Source: Butyrivibrio sp. (GTDB lineage: Bacteria; Bacillota; Clostridia; Lachnospirales; Lachnospiraceae). Taken from it: DNA of 64,000 bases. The notes beneath the pieces are model-generated. The model was not told where the DNA came from, made no database searches, and saw only the letters and a list, made by a program, of their open reading frames with translations. Shown piece after piece: positions 17,270 through 27,982 of the stretch; the stretch's first letter is position 1, and the number at the start of each line of letters is the position of its first letter. The stretch is from assembly GCA_017443695.1 (NCBI GenBank), contig JAFSYF010000153.1:1662-65661 (forward strand), written 5' to 3'. The position numbers and the translations under genes are program-made.

Positions 17270-17355
17270 GGAGACGTATCGAAGCGGTCATAACGGGGCG
17301 CACTCGAAATGCGTTTGCCCTCCGGGGCACGAGGGTTCGAATCCCTCCGTCTCCG
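17270..17355 (+). tRNA. tRNA-Ser (CGA)
   Basis: acceptor GGAGACG/CGTCTCC, anticodon arm GCGCA-CTCGAAA-TGCGT, long variable arm, GAGGG-TTCGAAT-CCCTC T arm, G discriminator; CCA not encoded. Confidence 0.95.
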
Positions 17356-17361
17356 CGGTAC

Positions 17362-17394
17362 GGGTTTCATCATCCATATGATGGAACCCTTTTT
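17362..17394 (+). terminator. intrinsic terminator after tRNA-Ser
   Basis: GGGTTTCATCAT-CCAT-ATGATGGAACCC-TTTTT. Confidence 0.8.
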
Positions 17395-17416
17395 CCTATA
17401 TTCAAAGGAGGTTCAG

Positions 17417-18883
17417 ATGACGCTCTATCCCGGCGTGGACCGGCTGAGGGAGCTCCTCTCAGAAGGCCGCTATCAGATCATGCCTGTCAGTCTTGAGATT
17501 CTGTCCGATTTCATCACACCCATTGAGACACTCCGGATCCTCAAAAACGCATCCCGGCACTGCTACATGCTGGAGTCCGCCAGCGCGGACATGACCTGGG
17601 GCCGGTACACCTTCCTTGGGTATGACCCCAAGCTCTCCATCACCTGCATTGACGGGGAGATGCAGATCGGGGAGACACACATCCGGACGGATCACCCCTC
17701 GGAGGAGATCCGCAGGATCCTGGCGGACTACCAGAGCCCCCGCCTGGAGGGGATGCCTCCATTTACCGGCGGGCTTGTGGGCTATTTTGCCTACGATTAT
17801 TTCGGCTACCAGGAGCCCACCATCCGGCGCGTGGGTGAGGATGCGGAGCATTTCTACGACGCGGATCTGATGCTGTTTGACAAGGTCATCGTCTTCGACC
17901 ATGTCCGCCAGAAGATCAACCTCATCGCCAACACGAAGCTCTCCGAGGGCGAGGCTGGCTATGAGCAGACCGTCCGCGAGCTGACAGCCTTGAAAGACCT
18001 GATTCAGAACGGGTCAAAGACCACAGAGAAGGCCGGAAGGCTTCTGGGCGAGGTGTCGGCCCTGTTTGACCGTACGCAGTACTGTGAGATGGTGGAGCGG
18101 GCCAAACGCCACATCTTCGAGGGCGACATCTTCCAGATTGTCCTCTCCAACCGGCTGAGCGCCCCTTTTGAAGGGAGCCTCTTAAACACCTACCGGCTGC
18201 TTCGGACCATCAACCCCTCTCCCTACATGTTCTATTTCTCCGGCACCGATATGGAGGTGGCGGGCGCTTCACCGGAGACCCTGGTGAAGCTGGAGAACGG
18301 GATCCTCCACACCTTCCCTCTGGCCGGAACCAGACCCAGGGGCCGGGATCCGGAGGAGGACAGGCGCCTTGAGCAGGAACTCCTGGCGGATGAAAAGGAG
18401 CTGGCGGAGCACCATATGCTGGTGGATCTGGGCCGGAACGATCTGGGCCGGATCAGCCGGTTCGGCTCCGTGGAGGTGGAGCAGCTGCGCAGTATTCTGC
18501 GATTCTCCCACGTGATGCACATCGGTTCCACCGTACGGGGGGAGATCCTGGAGGGAAAGGACGCCCTGGATGCCATCGAATCGGTGCTGCCGGCCGGAAC
18601 CCTGTCCGGTGCGCCGAAGATCCGGGCCTGCCAGCTCATCGGGGAGCTGGAGAACAACAAGCGGGGGATCTACGGCGGTGCCATCGGCTACATCGATTTC
18701 ACCGGCAACATGGACACCTGCATCGCGATCCGCATCGTCTATAAGAAGAACGGACGGGTCTTCGTCCGCAGCGGTGCCGGCATCGTGGCAGATTCGAATC
18801 CGGAGAAGGAGTATGAAGAGTGCCTGAACAAGGCAAAGGCAACGCTCACGGCGCTTCAGATGGCGCAGGAGGTGGAGTCATGA
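17417..18883 (+). CDS. trpE: anthranilate synthase component I (chorismate-binding family)
   Basis: 'LESA', 'NPSPYMFY', 'PLAGTRPRG', 'AEHHMLVDLGRND', 'PAGTLSGAPK'; SD AAAGGAGG. Confidence 0.85.
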   Translation: MTLYPGVDRLRELLSEGRYQIMPVSLEILSDFITPIETLRILKNASRHCYMLESASADMTWGRYTFLGYDPKLSITCIDGEMQIGETHIRTDHPSEEIRRILADYQSPRLEGMPPFTGGLVGYFAYDYFGYQEPTIRRVGEDAEHFYDADLMLFDKVIVFDHVRQKINLIANTKLSEGEAGYEQTVRELTALKDLIQNGSKTTEKAGRLLGEVSALFDRTQYCEMVERAKRHIFEGDIFQIVLSNRLSAPFEGSLLNTYRLLRTINPSPYMFYFSGTDMEVAGASPETLVKLENGILHTFPLAGTRPRGRDPEEDRRLEQELLADEKELAEHHMLVDLGRNDLGRISRFGSVEVEQLRSILRFSHVMHIGSTVRGEILEGKDALDAIESVLPAGTLSGAPKIRACQLIGELENNKRGIYGGAIGYIDFTGNMDTCIAIRIVYKKNGRVFVRSGAGIVADSNPEKEYEECLNKAKATLTALQMAQEVES

Positions 18884-19461
18884 TCCTGCTTGTGGACAAC
18901 TACGACAGCTTTTCCTACAATCTGTACCAGTACATCGGGGAGATCCGTACGGACATCCGTGTCATCCGCAACGATGAGCTGACCGTGGAGGAGATCCGCG
19001 CCATCGGCGCCGATCACATCATCATCTCCCCGGGTCCCGGACGGCCGGAGGATGCCGGCGTGATCGTGGAGCTGATCCGGACATTGGGGAAGGAGACCCC
19101 CACCCTCGGCGTCTGTCTCGGCCATCAGGCCATCTGCCTGGCCTTCGGGGCACAGGTCATCCATGCGGCGCATCTGATGCACGGCAAGAGCTCCGAGATC
19201 TGGCTCGATCAGCGCTCGCCCCTGTTTGCAGGCTGCGGAGAGCGGACCACCGTGGCGCGGTACCACTCCCTGGCGGCGGACCGTGACACCATTCCGGAAG
19301 AGCTGCAGGTCATCGCCGCCACGGACGACGGCGAGGTGATGGCCGTGGCGCATAGAGCGTATCCGATCTATGGTGTCCAGTTCCATCCGGAATCCATCCT
19401 GACGCCGGAGGGCCACAAGATCATCGGGAATTTCCTAATGACAGATCAGAACAAGTTCTGA
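18880..19461 (+). CDS. trpG: anthranilate/aminodeoxychorismate synthase component II (glutamine amidotransferase)
   Basis: '[10 protein letters not shown]', 'SPGPG.P', 'GVCLGHQ', 'RYHSL', 'QFHPES'; ATGA overlap. Confidence 0.88.
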   Translation: MILLVDNYDSFSYNLYQYIGEIRTDIRVIRNDELTVEEIRAIGADHIIISPGPGRPEDAGVIVELIRTLGKETPTLGVCLGHQAICLAFGAQVIHAAHLMHGKSSEIWLDQRSPLFAGCGERTTVARYHSLAADRDTIPEELQVIAATDDGEVMAVAHRAYPIYGVQFHPESILTPEGHKIIGNFLMTDQNKF

Positions 19462-19492
19462 TCTGTCACGACTTAAAAAGGCGGACACAATT

Positions 19493-21486
19493 ATGGATTT
19501 CAGACTCCACGCGGAATACCAGCCAACAGGCGACCAGCCGGAGGCGATCCGGACACTCGTCGAGGGATTCAAAGCAGGCAACCAGTTCGAGACACTGATG
19601 GGGGTTACCGGCTCCGGCAAGACCTTCACCATGGCCAATATCATTGCGACGCTGAACAAGCCGACGTTAATTATCAGCCACAATAAGACTTTGGCGGGCC
19701 AGCTCTACGGAGAGATGAAGGAGTTCTTTCCGGAAAACGCGGTGGAGTATTTTGTATCCTACTACGACTACTACCAGCCGGAGGCCTATGTGCCCCAGAC
19801 CGACACCTACATCGCCAAGGACTCGGCCATCAACGACGAGATCGACAGACTGCGGCTCTCCGCCACGGCATCCCTGGCGGAACGTAAGGACGTCATCGTC
19901 GGCGCCTCCGTCTCCTGCATCTACGGTCTGGGCTCCCCGGAGGAATTCAAGGGAATGTCCGTGTCCCTGCGCCCCGGCCAGACGAAGAGCCGGGAACAGC
20001 TCATCGCGGATCTCGTCTCGATCCAATACCAGCGCAACGATCTGGAGCCGGCCCGCTGCCATTTCCGTGTCCGGGGGACACCCTGGAGGTATTCCCCGCC
20101 AACGCCGATGACACCATGTACCGCATTGAGCTCTTCGGGGATGAGATCGACCGGATCTGCGAAGTGGAGCCGCTGACAGGCCATGTGAAGAGTGAGCTGT
20201 CCCATGTCATGATCTATCCCGCCTCCCACTACGTCGTGCCCCAGGAAACCATCAATAAGGCCTGTGACAACATCCAGCAGGAGCTGGAGGAACGGGTGCG
20301 CTTCTTCAAGGGGGAGGACCGCCTCATTGAGGCCCAGCGGATCTCCGAGCGGACGAATTTCGACATCGAGATGATGCGGGAGACCGGCTTCTGCTCCGGC
20401 ATCGAGAACTATTCCCGGCATCTGAATTTCATGGCGCCGGGGGAACCGCCTCTGACCCTCCTGGACTTCTACGACCGGGATTTCCTGATCATCGTGGACG
20501 AGAGCCACATGACGATCCCCCAGGTGGGCGGTATGTACCACGGGGACCGCTCCCGCAAGGAGACGCTGGTGGATTACGGCTTCCGGCTCCCCTCTGCCCT
20601 GGACAACCGGCCTCTGAATTTCGACGAGTTTGAGTCCCATATCGACCAGATGCTGTTCTGCTCGGCGACACCGGGCCCCTATGAGGCGGATCATGAGCTG
20701 CTGCGCGTGGAGCAGGTTATCCGTCCCACCGGCCTGCTGGATCCGCCGGTGGATGTGCGTCCCATCGAGGGGCAAATCGATGACCTGATCGGCGAGATCC
20801 GCCATTCCGTCGGCGATCCCGCTGCGCCGGCCGAGGAGCGCGGCAAGGTGCTGATCACCACCCTGACCAAGCGCATGGCAGAGGATCTGACCGAATATCT
20901 GCAGGAAGCCGGTATCCGCGTGCGTTACCTGCACTCCGACATCGATACCCTAGAGCGTGCGGAGATCATCCGGGACATGCGCCTGGATGTTTTCGATGTG
21001 CTGGTGGGCATCAATCTCCTGCGGGAGGGTCTGGACATCCCGGAGATCAAGCTGGTGGCCATTCTGGACGCTGACAAAGAGGGGTTTCTGCGCTCCGAGA
21101 CCTCCCTGATCCAGACCATCGGACGTGCCGCCCGGAACGCGGACGGTCATGTGGTCATGTATGCCGACACCATCACAGACTCCATGCGCCGCGCCATCGA
21201 TGAGACGAACCGCAGACGGGGCATCCAGCAGGCCTACAACGAGGCCCACGGCATCACCCCGACGACGATCCGCAAGGCCGTCCGTGAGCTGATCACGATC
21301 TCGAAGAAGGTGGCAAAGGATGAAGTGGCCTTCGCCAAGGATCCGGAGTCCATGAACCGCGAGGAGCTGGAGAAGCTGGTGGGAGAGGTACAGCGCAAAA
21401 TGAAACGCGCGGCCGCTGATCTCGATTTTGAGTCAGCAGCCGCGCTGCGTGATCAGATGATGGAATTAAAGAAGCATCTGGACTGA
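19493..21486 (+). CDS. uvrB: excinuclease ABC subunit UvrB, interrupted by a single-base deletion in a G-run at 20073-20077
   Basis: 'PTGDQP', 'GVTGSGKT', '[12 protein letters not shown]' in frame 1; 'DESH', '[10 protein letters not shown]', 'QTIGRAARN' in frame 2; one extra G restores '[13 protein letters not shown]'. Confidence 0.93.
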
Positions 21487-21488
21487 CT

Positions 21489-22109
21489 TCAGTCTAAATC
21501 CCATACGTCATAGTCCGCATCGTAAGCGCCGCCTCTGTTCACGATCCACTTCGCATACTTCTTAGCCTTTGACTTTGAAGGACCGTATACGGTGAGATCA
21601 CCAACGCCATCGAAGGAACTCTTAGCGATACCGGTCTTTGTGATCTTGCTTGACTTGATATGGAGCTCCTCCAGGCTGGTGCAATTCTTGAAAGCGTTCT
21701 TCTCGATCTTCTTGATCTTAGTGCCCCAGATCTCCACTCTCTTCAGGTTCTTGCAGCCGCTAAAGGTGTCCGAACGGATGGTATCGGTCTCCACCTTACT
21801 GATGATCACCTCGCGAATGGTCTTGTTGTTCTTGAACAGACTGTTATAGATTCCAACGGTTACATACTCCGTACCGTTTTCCCCCTTCGGCATTCCGTAA
21901 ATGTGGATGGACTTCGCATCATCATTGACATCACAAGCCTTGACCGTACCCAGATCCTCACCATTTCCCTCACTCTCGACAATGTATTTCACATCCTCAT
22001 ACCAGAATGTCTTGTCCTCCGCGTGAGAGGTGATGCTGGTTACACCAAGTGCCAGGAATGCCGCGGCAGCAACGGTAGCCACACCTGCCAGAATTGTCTT
22101 GATCTTCAT
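21489..22109 (-). CDS. small secreted BspA-type leucine-rich repeat (LRR_5) protein
   Basis: signal peptide ending 'TSHA'; 'TIRSDTFSGCKNLKRV..IKKIEKNAFKNCTSL' repeats; SD AAAGGAG. Confidence 0.8.
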   Translation of the reverse strand: MKIKTILAGVATVAAAAFLALGVTSITSHAEDKTFWYEDVKYIVESEGNGEDLGTVKACDVNDDAKSIHIYGMPKGENGTEYVTVGIYNSLFKNNKTIREVIISKVETDTIRSDTFSGCKNLKRVEIWGTKIKKIEKNAFKNCTSLEELHIKSSKITKTGIAKSSFDGVGDLTVYGPSKSKAKKYAKWIVNRGGAYDADYDVWDLD

Positions 22110-22190
22110 TTGTTGAACTCCTTTCTGATGATTCCCTTTTTTTGTTGTCGCATCTGCCTGTCCCACTGTTCATGGTGATACGGGCAAAAA

Positions 22191-24029
22191 TTATTTTACC
22201 ACAGCGGGATCCATATGGCAAGTAGTTATAGCCTCCCGCTCAAACAGACAGCTGACCATGTATGCCATCAGATAGAACAGTGGCAGATAATACCGTACCT
22301 GCACAATCGGTCCCAGAAAATATGTCCCACACAGCATCAGCGGAAACATCAGTGATGCCAGCCGGAAAGGAGACCGCCGGTACAGGAGATAACCCATGGT
22401 AAACAAGAGCAGCCAGAACATCCACCCAACAGAGAAGAACAGGGAGATCACCGGAATCCTCTGAAAAGAAATCATCCTTGATATCGTCCACAGCCGGTCA
22501 TAGAGCCATGGAAGTTTTGACTGCAGTTCACCCGGTTCCTCTACGGTACACAAAAACCAGCTCGTCTCAGAGGTGCTGTACTTTTCATTTTCCACCCTAA
22601 TCTTTCCATCGATGATACTGGGCGGATACCATCCATACAGGGACTGCATGAGCATGGCATCCAGATAGACCATCGGTACACGCCATCCGATCCTTGCCCA
22701 TAGCCGCAGAAAATCCGCCCGTCTGGCGGATAGCGCATCCTGATAGACCATCTTGACAGGATTGGCCACCACGGGAACATAATTCTGAAGCTTACGGAGC
22801 TCCTCTCCGGTCAGCTCACTCAACAACTCTCTGTCTGAGGGGTCAAAGGCATCCGGTCTCTCCAGCCAGGCTCTGGTCAGCTGCTGGATCGGTATGGAAT
22901 AGGCATCCACATCACTGCTCTTCCTGACGCCCAGTCTCGGATAGATCACGGAGACCACTAAGAGATTGCAGCAGATAACCGAGATGAGCAGCGCCGTGAA
23001 TTTCAGCCGGTACCCCTTATGGCAGACCGGAATCAATACTGCCGCTGAGACGATGAGTGCATAAATGGCATTACGTCTGCACAGGAGCATCAACGTGCTG
23101 CAGAAAAAAAACAGGATGAGCTTCATCCTGTCTGACAGGAAACGCTGCGGATCACGCAATAACTGCCACAGCATCAGTACCACCGTGACGGTCAGCATCG
23201 CAAAGGGAACATCCTTGGTCGTACAGATACTGAAAATAGAAATCACCGGCAACAGCGCGTAATACGCCGTCAGGATCATACGCAGAAGCCTCTTCTCTGC
23301 ACCGGGCAGCGCCAACTGTACCGACCAGGCGAGGACGCCGGATATTACTGTCATCTGGAGGAATACATACAACGCGATGCCGGGATTGGCGGTTCCGGTC
23401 AGCCGAAAGGACGCGGCTATGAACGCACCTTCCATCATCTGCAGAATCGGCGCATGTTTAGCCGGATAACTGTGTGCCAGCCATGATGCGTAGATTCCAT
23501 CCTGATCATAACAGAAGAAACCGGGGTACGCGGCCAACCATACCGGTATCCAACACAGGAGGATCACGCCCCAGGTCTGCAACAGTCCTCTGCATCCCGT
23601 TTTTTCTGATGCGGACCCGATTCCTTCCGTCACTGATGTGAGCTGCCACACGGCTTTTTTTTCCAATCCATGATAGAGGGCGCGGATGAACGCACCGAAA
23701 ACCAGTGTATAGACCGGCACCGCCAGCCACATCCAACCGCTACCGATGAGCGTTTCATGGGCAAGGAGCCTCGCGCCGCACACCTGCATCAGTGCGTACA
23801 TCAATCCCAGTACCCAGGAGATGCTGTAGAGCCGCCTGTCCCAGGGCAACGCTCCCCATTGCATGATCCCGTTGATCCCAAGCCATACGGCCAATACAAG
23901 TATGCTGTTGTTGACAGACAGGGTATCCAGGCCGAAAGTCATGGGAAACAGCGCTGTCGCCACAAATGAAAGCAGCAGTCTGCTGACTGCCATGAGATTC
24001 GCAGACTGCGGAGTATCTGAGTTCGTCAT
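22191..24029 (-). CDS. DUF6020-like polytopic membrane protein (GT-C-like)
   Basis: 'YPGFFCYD', 'H.P', 'TKDVPF', 'SIPIQQL.R', 'LGP...RY..P' pattern; more than 10 TMs. Confidence 0.7.
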   Translation of the reverse strand: MTNSDTPQSANLMAVSRLLLSFVATALFPMTFGLDTLSVNNSILVLAVWLGINGIMQWGALPWDRRLYSISWVLGLMYALMQVCGARLLAHETLIGSGWMWLAVPVYTLVFGAFIRALYHGLEKKAVWQLTSVTEGIGSASEKTGCRGLLQTWGVILLCWIPVWLAAYPGFFCYDQDGIYASWLAHSYPAKHAPILQMMEGAFIAASFRLTGTANPGIALYVFLQMTVISGVLAWSVQLALPGAEKRLLRMILTAYYALLPVISIFSICTTKDVPFAMLTVTVVLMLWQLLRDPQRFLSDRMKLILFFFCSTLMLLCRRNAIYALIVSAAVLIPVCHKGYRLKFTALLISVICCNLLVVSVIYPRLGVRKSSDVDAYSIPIQQLTRAWLERPDAFDPSDRELLSELTGEELRKLQNYVPVVANPVKMVYQDALSARRADFLRLWARIGWRVPMVYLDAMLMQSLYGWYPPSIIDGKIRVENEKYSTSETSWFLCTVEEPGELQSKLPWLYDRLWTISRMISFQRIPVISLFFSVGWMFWLLLFTMGYLLYRRSPFRLASLMFPLMLCGTYFLGPIVQVRYYLPLFYLMAYMVSCLFEREAITTCHMDPAVVK

Positions 24030-24138
24030 ATACAATTCTCCCAATATAATCCCCGATAAATCGGCATATTATATCAGTATTATCCCGTTCTGGCAAGCCG
24101 GGTTGCAATTCAGATGCTTTCATAATATGATATCAGTC

Positions 24139-25824
24139 ATGATGACAACGGCATCAACGCAGCAGAAACACGAACATCGATGGCTTCTCCCCGCGGCAGT
24201 TTGCGGCGTTCTTGTGATACTGTATTTTTCCCTGCTGTACCGGCTTGGATATGTCTGTTTGCACTATGATTCGTGCGTGATCCGGACCCTGCTGAGGGGA
24301 GAGGTTACCGGACAGCCCGATGCGCACACCATCTACTTCAATTATGTTTTCGGGTCCATTCTGATCCTGTGCTACCGGATCTTCCCCATGCTGAACTGGT
24401 TCTCCCTCCTGCTGCTGTTTACGTGCCTCTTTGCGCTGTGGGCCATCCTGTTCCAGGCCCTCTCCTCGGCCAGGCGCCCTGCCCATGGTGCGGTCTTCGT
24501 CATTCTTACGCTTCTGCTCCATTTCTACACCTACGGGCAGAGCATGATGGATCTCAACTACACTTCTTCCGCATCCATCGCCGGCATCAGTGCCGTATGC
24601 TGCCTGATCCTGCCTGACAGGCTGCGTGCACGGGATATCCTCCTCTCTTCCCTGCTGATGATCCTGTGTGCGGGCATCCGGTTCCAGGTCTTTGCAGGGA
24701 TGCTGCCCTTCCTCCTGGTTGCGGTGTTGCTGCATCTTTCGACGCTCAAACAGAACCGGCGTTACGCCGCGTTCCTCCTGACGACCGTGGTGGTGATCGG
24801 TTCCCTGTGGATGGCTGATCACCTGGCCTACACTGGTGCGTATGCGCGCTCTGCCAGAATCAATGCCTGCAACACAGAACTCTGGGATTACGACAGATGG
24901 ATTCCATATACGCAGCACGAGGCGATGTTCCGTGAACTGGGTATCGACGAGCTGGAATACCGCCTGATGAAAGTGAGTCTGGAGCTCTCGGATAAACCGG
25001 ACGAGACGGTGCTCCACGCCATCGCTGACGCACACCGGGCGGAGGAAACCATCAATTTCAAGCTGCAGAAAGCCATGGGGATCCTTAATCAAATGATCCG
25101 CAAGGACTACACCGCCATTGTCTGGATGCTGGTGCTACTGTCCGTCCTGTCCGGCGCTGTTCTCCTAATGAGGACAAAAGAACCGCGGCTGCTGATCATC
25201 TATCTCGCGCTGCTTGGTCTGGCTGTGGCCGAGATCCTGTACCTGGCCTACGAAGGGCGGATGCCGGTGAGGACCTCCCAGGGGCCACTGGCGCTCTTCT
25301 GTCTGACCGGCTTCAGCTTTTCCCTGCGCGCCTTCGAACCTGCCGCAATGGACTCCTCTTCCGGAAGACAACGTATCCTGATCCCGGTTGTCGCACTGCT
25401 GCTGTTAATCCCCTGTGTTTTTTCCTTTATCCATGCCAGCGATCAAATCAGACGCGGAAAGAATCTCGTTCGGAACGATCTCAAACTGGTGCACTTCATG
25501 GCAGCGGATACCGATCATATCTATTTCGTACATAATCTCTCTGAACCGCTGGATCTCCTGAATCCGATACACATGAATCATATGGGCTGGGGCGGCTGGT
25601 GCGCCACCCTCATCCCATGGAAACAGGCCCTGATGGGGCCCTGTGACAATGTCTGGGACGCCATCGCCTACAGAGAGGATCTGCGCATCATCACGAGGAA
25701 ACCGGCAATGGAGATCATCCAGGAATACATGAACCGTGCGGGTTATGATGTCACGCTACAGACAGAAACCATCCCCTGTCTGCGATCATCCACCATTCTG
25801 TGGCACGGCGGCAGTCCTGACTGA
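24139..25824 (+). CDS. polytopic membrane protein, probable GT-C-type glycosyltransferase
   Basis: ~12 TMs, 'YD...G...G.P..H..Y.N', 'GRMP.R' loop; start directly after TTGCAA-17-TATGAT promoter. Confidence 0.6.
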   Translation: MMTTASTQQKHEHRWLLPAAVCGVLVILYFSLLYRLGYVCLHYDSCVIRTLLRGEVTGQPDAHTIYFNYVFGSILILCYRIFPMLNWFSLLLLFTCLFALWAILFQALSSARRPAHGAVFVILTLLLHFYTYGQSMMDLNYTSSASIAGISAVCCLILPDRLRARDILLSSLLMILCAGIRFQVFAGMLPFLLVAVLLHLSTLKQNRRYAAFLLTTVVVIGSLWMADHLAYTGAYARSARINACNTELWDYDRWIPYTQHEAMFRELGIDELEYRLMKVSLELSDKPDETVLHAIADAHRAEETINFKLQKAMGILNQMIRKDYTAIVWMLVLLSVLSGAVLLMRTKEPRLLIIYLALLGLAVAEILYLAYEGRMPVRTSQGPLALFCLTGFSFSLRAFEPAAMDSSSGRQRILIPVVALLLLIPCVFSFIHASDQIRRGKNLVRNDLKLVHFMAADTDHIYFVHNLSEPLDLLNPIHMNHMGWGGWCATLIPWKQALMGPCDNVWDAIAYREDLRIITRKPAMEIIQEYMNRAGYDVTLQTETIPCLRSSTILWHGGSPD

Positions 25825-25854
25825 ATCCAGGTTTGCCGCATACCTGTTGTCACT

Positions 25855-26937
25855 CTATATCAGGCCATGCTTCTGCAGCTGCTGTGCCTGCTTCATCAGC
25901 ATACGTGACAATACGTAGAGCACCTCGTCATCGGCGATGGGCTGCTCATTGTCACGCGTACTGTCCGGAACCGGTGCCCGGAAGAGGATGCCATCCGCGC
26001 GGTGCAGATAGCGCCGCGCCACCTCCGCATTGCCCTTACGGAAACGCGCCAGATACCGCAGCCGCTCCCGCCTGGTGAAGGCCGGCCGGTCTCTCCCGAT
26101 CCCCTGCGTGTCCAGCTCCTCCTGAATGGAGAACAGCAGCGATTCAAAATGCGCAGCGATGCTGATCTGCTCCTGTGAAGGACTGTCGTCCAGTGCCTTC
26201 AGTTTGAAATCCGGATAGCGGTTCAGACGCCTCTTGGCCTCCAGACAGACGTCCCGGAGCCGCTCATTGACATGGCCCGGATCGATATACGCCCTGTCGG
26301 TCGACAGGCCGACCTGTGTCAGGAAATCTGTAAACACAGATCCCCCCAGCAACTGCTCCTGCTCAAAGAGACGCACGATCAGATGCTCCTCGCCGACGAT
26401 CTGCGCCAGTCTTTCCAGCGCTCCCGCATAGTCCAGCTGTGCCTGCTTGCCCGGCTCCCGCATATAGGTCCGGAAGGTCACATCCCGGCGCTGCTTCACC
26501 TCCTGCTGCCACTGGGAGTAGATATACTCATCCTGTCTCCGCAGATAAATGATGATCTTCAGTGTGATACCGGCCTGCTGCAGCGGCTTCAACAACCGCA
26601 GGATCAGATCATCCCATTTGTTGATCCAGGCCTGATAGATCTTCTCATCGGACAGAATCACCGTGGGATACTGTCTGGTACATTGGATCACTTCTTCGAC
26701 ACATGCATCAAAGGCGGGGGTTCCGTAGGCCTTGGTCATGAAGATGGCGTTGCGGTCGGCCTCCAGCTCCGGGTACCAGTGGAATGAGGAGAGCCAGGGA
26801 TATGCCGCACCACAGGCATTCAGCTGCTCCCTGTTGAGCCGCAGGAACCGCTGAATGGCCGAGGTGGCCGTCTTCATCGTTCCGATATGGAGATATACGG
26901 TCGGCCCTGCCGACACATCCGCCTTCATCTGCTGCAT
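25855..26937 (-). CDS. sulfotransferase-like P-loop protein (paralog 1)
   Basis: 'LHIGTMKTATSAIQ', 'ILSDE', 'IYLRRQDEYIYS.WQQ'. Confidence 0.65.
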   Translation of the reverse strand: MQQMKADVSAGPTVYLHIGTMKTATSAIQRFLRLNREQLNACGAAYPWLSSFHWYPELEADRNAIFMTKAYGTPAFDACVEEVIQCTRQYPTVILSDEKIYQAWINKWDDLILRLLKPLQQAGITLKIIIYLRRQDEYIYSQWQQEVKQRRDVTFRTYMREPGKQAQLDYAGALERLAQIVGEEHLIVRLFEQEQLLGGSVFTDFLTQVGLSTDRAYIDPGHVNERLRDVCLEAKRRLNRYPDFKLKALDDSPSQEQISIAAHFESLLFSIQEELDTQGIGRDRPAFTRRERLRYLARFRKGNAEVARRYLHRADGILFRAPVPDSTRDNEQPIADDEVLYVLSRMLMKQAQQLQKHGLI

Positions 26938-26941
26938 CCCC

Positions 26942-27982
26942 TCAGCCCTTCTGCAGACGCTTCTGCTCCAGCCGGAGGATCAACGCTGCCATGGTGTCAA
27001 AAATCTCCGCATCCGTGTAGGAACCGGCCTCCCTCTCCGGAATCTCCTGATCCGCAAACAGCGGGTCTCCATCCTTCCTGCCGAAATACGTGCGGGCCAC
27101 CTCCGCGTTGGATGCATCGTAGGACGAAAGCAGGGCGGCGCATTCTTGTGCGGTAATGGGACTCCGGTTCAGCAGGGTTCCGCCCTCCTCCGCTTCTTTC
27201 TGAAGCTCCAGCAAGGTGTTGCGGATGAGCCGCGCGGTACAAAAGGCCGCATCCCTTTCTCCGGTTTTATCCAGATGGAACGACGGAAACCGGTTCAGTC
27301 TCCGCTTCGTCTCCAGGAATTGTCCCCGAAGACTCATGTTGCGTGTCTCCTGAAGGAAGGAGAACCCGGTACAATCCTCAATCCCGAGCAGAGAGAGGAA
27401 ATCCCGGTACAGCGCCTGATCGTCGGCGAACCGTTCCTTCTCAAACAGCCGGACCTGCAGCTGGGAAGCGCCCACATCCTCTGACAATCTTGCGAGGTAT
27501 GCCTGGTAATCCACCTTGTTCCGTTCCAGTCCGTCCGACAGGAATTCAGCGAAATCCCCTGTGTAGGTCAGACCGATCCGCTGCGCCCAGGAGGACAGCA
27601 GATAGGTGTCCTGACGACGCAGGTAGATCAGGATCCGCAGGGTGTGTCCGTGCTCTTCCAGGATTGTCCGCAGATTCTGCAGCACACCGCGGTCCTTATA
27701 ATATCGATGGAAGATGCTTTCATCGGAGAACAGAATCCGGGGAAAACGGGAGGCGTAGGTCAGCAGCCGGTCACAGGCTGCGTGATACCCCTCCGTTCCA
27801 TAACCGGAGCCAATCCATAGACCATTGTGGTTGGCAGACGTACCGGTTCTTGTCATGAACGCGGCGCCATCCGGGTAACAGATCCCCTGACCAGCCAGTA
27901 CCTCCCGGTTCTGCGCCAGAAAGAACTGGAGAGAGGTGGTACCGGTTTTGGGCATCCCCATGTGAACGATCACTTCTGACAT
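26942..27982 (-). CDS. sulfotransferase-like P-loop protein (paralog 2)
   Basis: 'HMGMPKTGTTSLQ', 'LFSDE', 'IYLRRQD..L.SSWAQ'; SD AAAGGAGA. Confidence 0.65.
   Translation of the reverse strand: MSEVIVHMGMPKTGTTSLQFFLAQNREVLAGQGICYPDGAAFMTRTGTSANHNGLWIGSGYGTEGYHAACDRLLTYASRFPRILFSDESIFHRYYKDRGVLQNLRTILEEHGHTLRILIYLRRQDTYLLSSWAQRIGLTYTGDFAEFLSDGLERNKVDYQAYLARLSEDVGASQLQVRLFEKERFADDQALYRDFLSLLGIEDCTGFSFLQETRNMSLRGQFLETKRRLNRFPSFHLDKTGERDAAFCTARLIRNTLLELQKEAEEGGTLLNRSPITAQECAALLSSYDASNAEVARTYFGRKDGDPLFADQEIPEREAGSYTDAEIFDTMAALILRLEQKRLQKG

Noticed and set aside
17270-25824. Genomic island integrated at tRNA-Ser
   Set aside because: No integrase, no duplicated tRNA 3' end seen, and downstream genes are housekeeping
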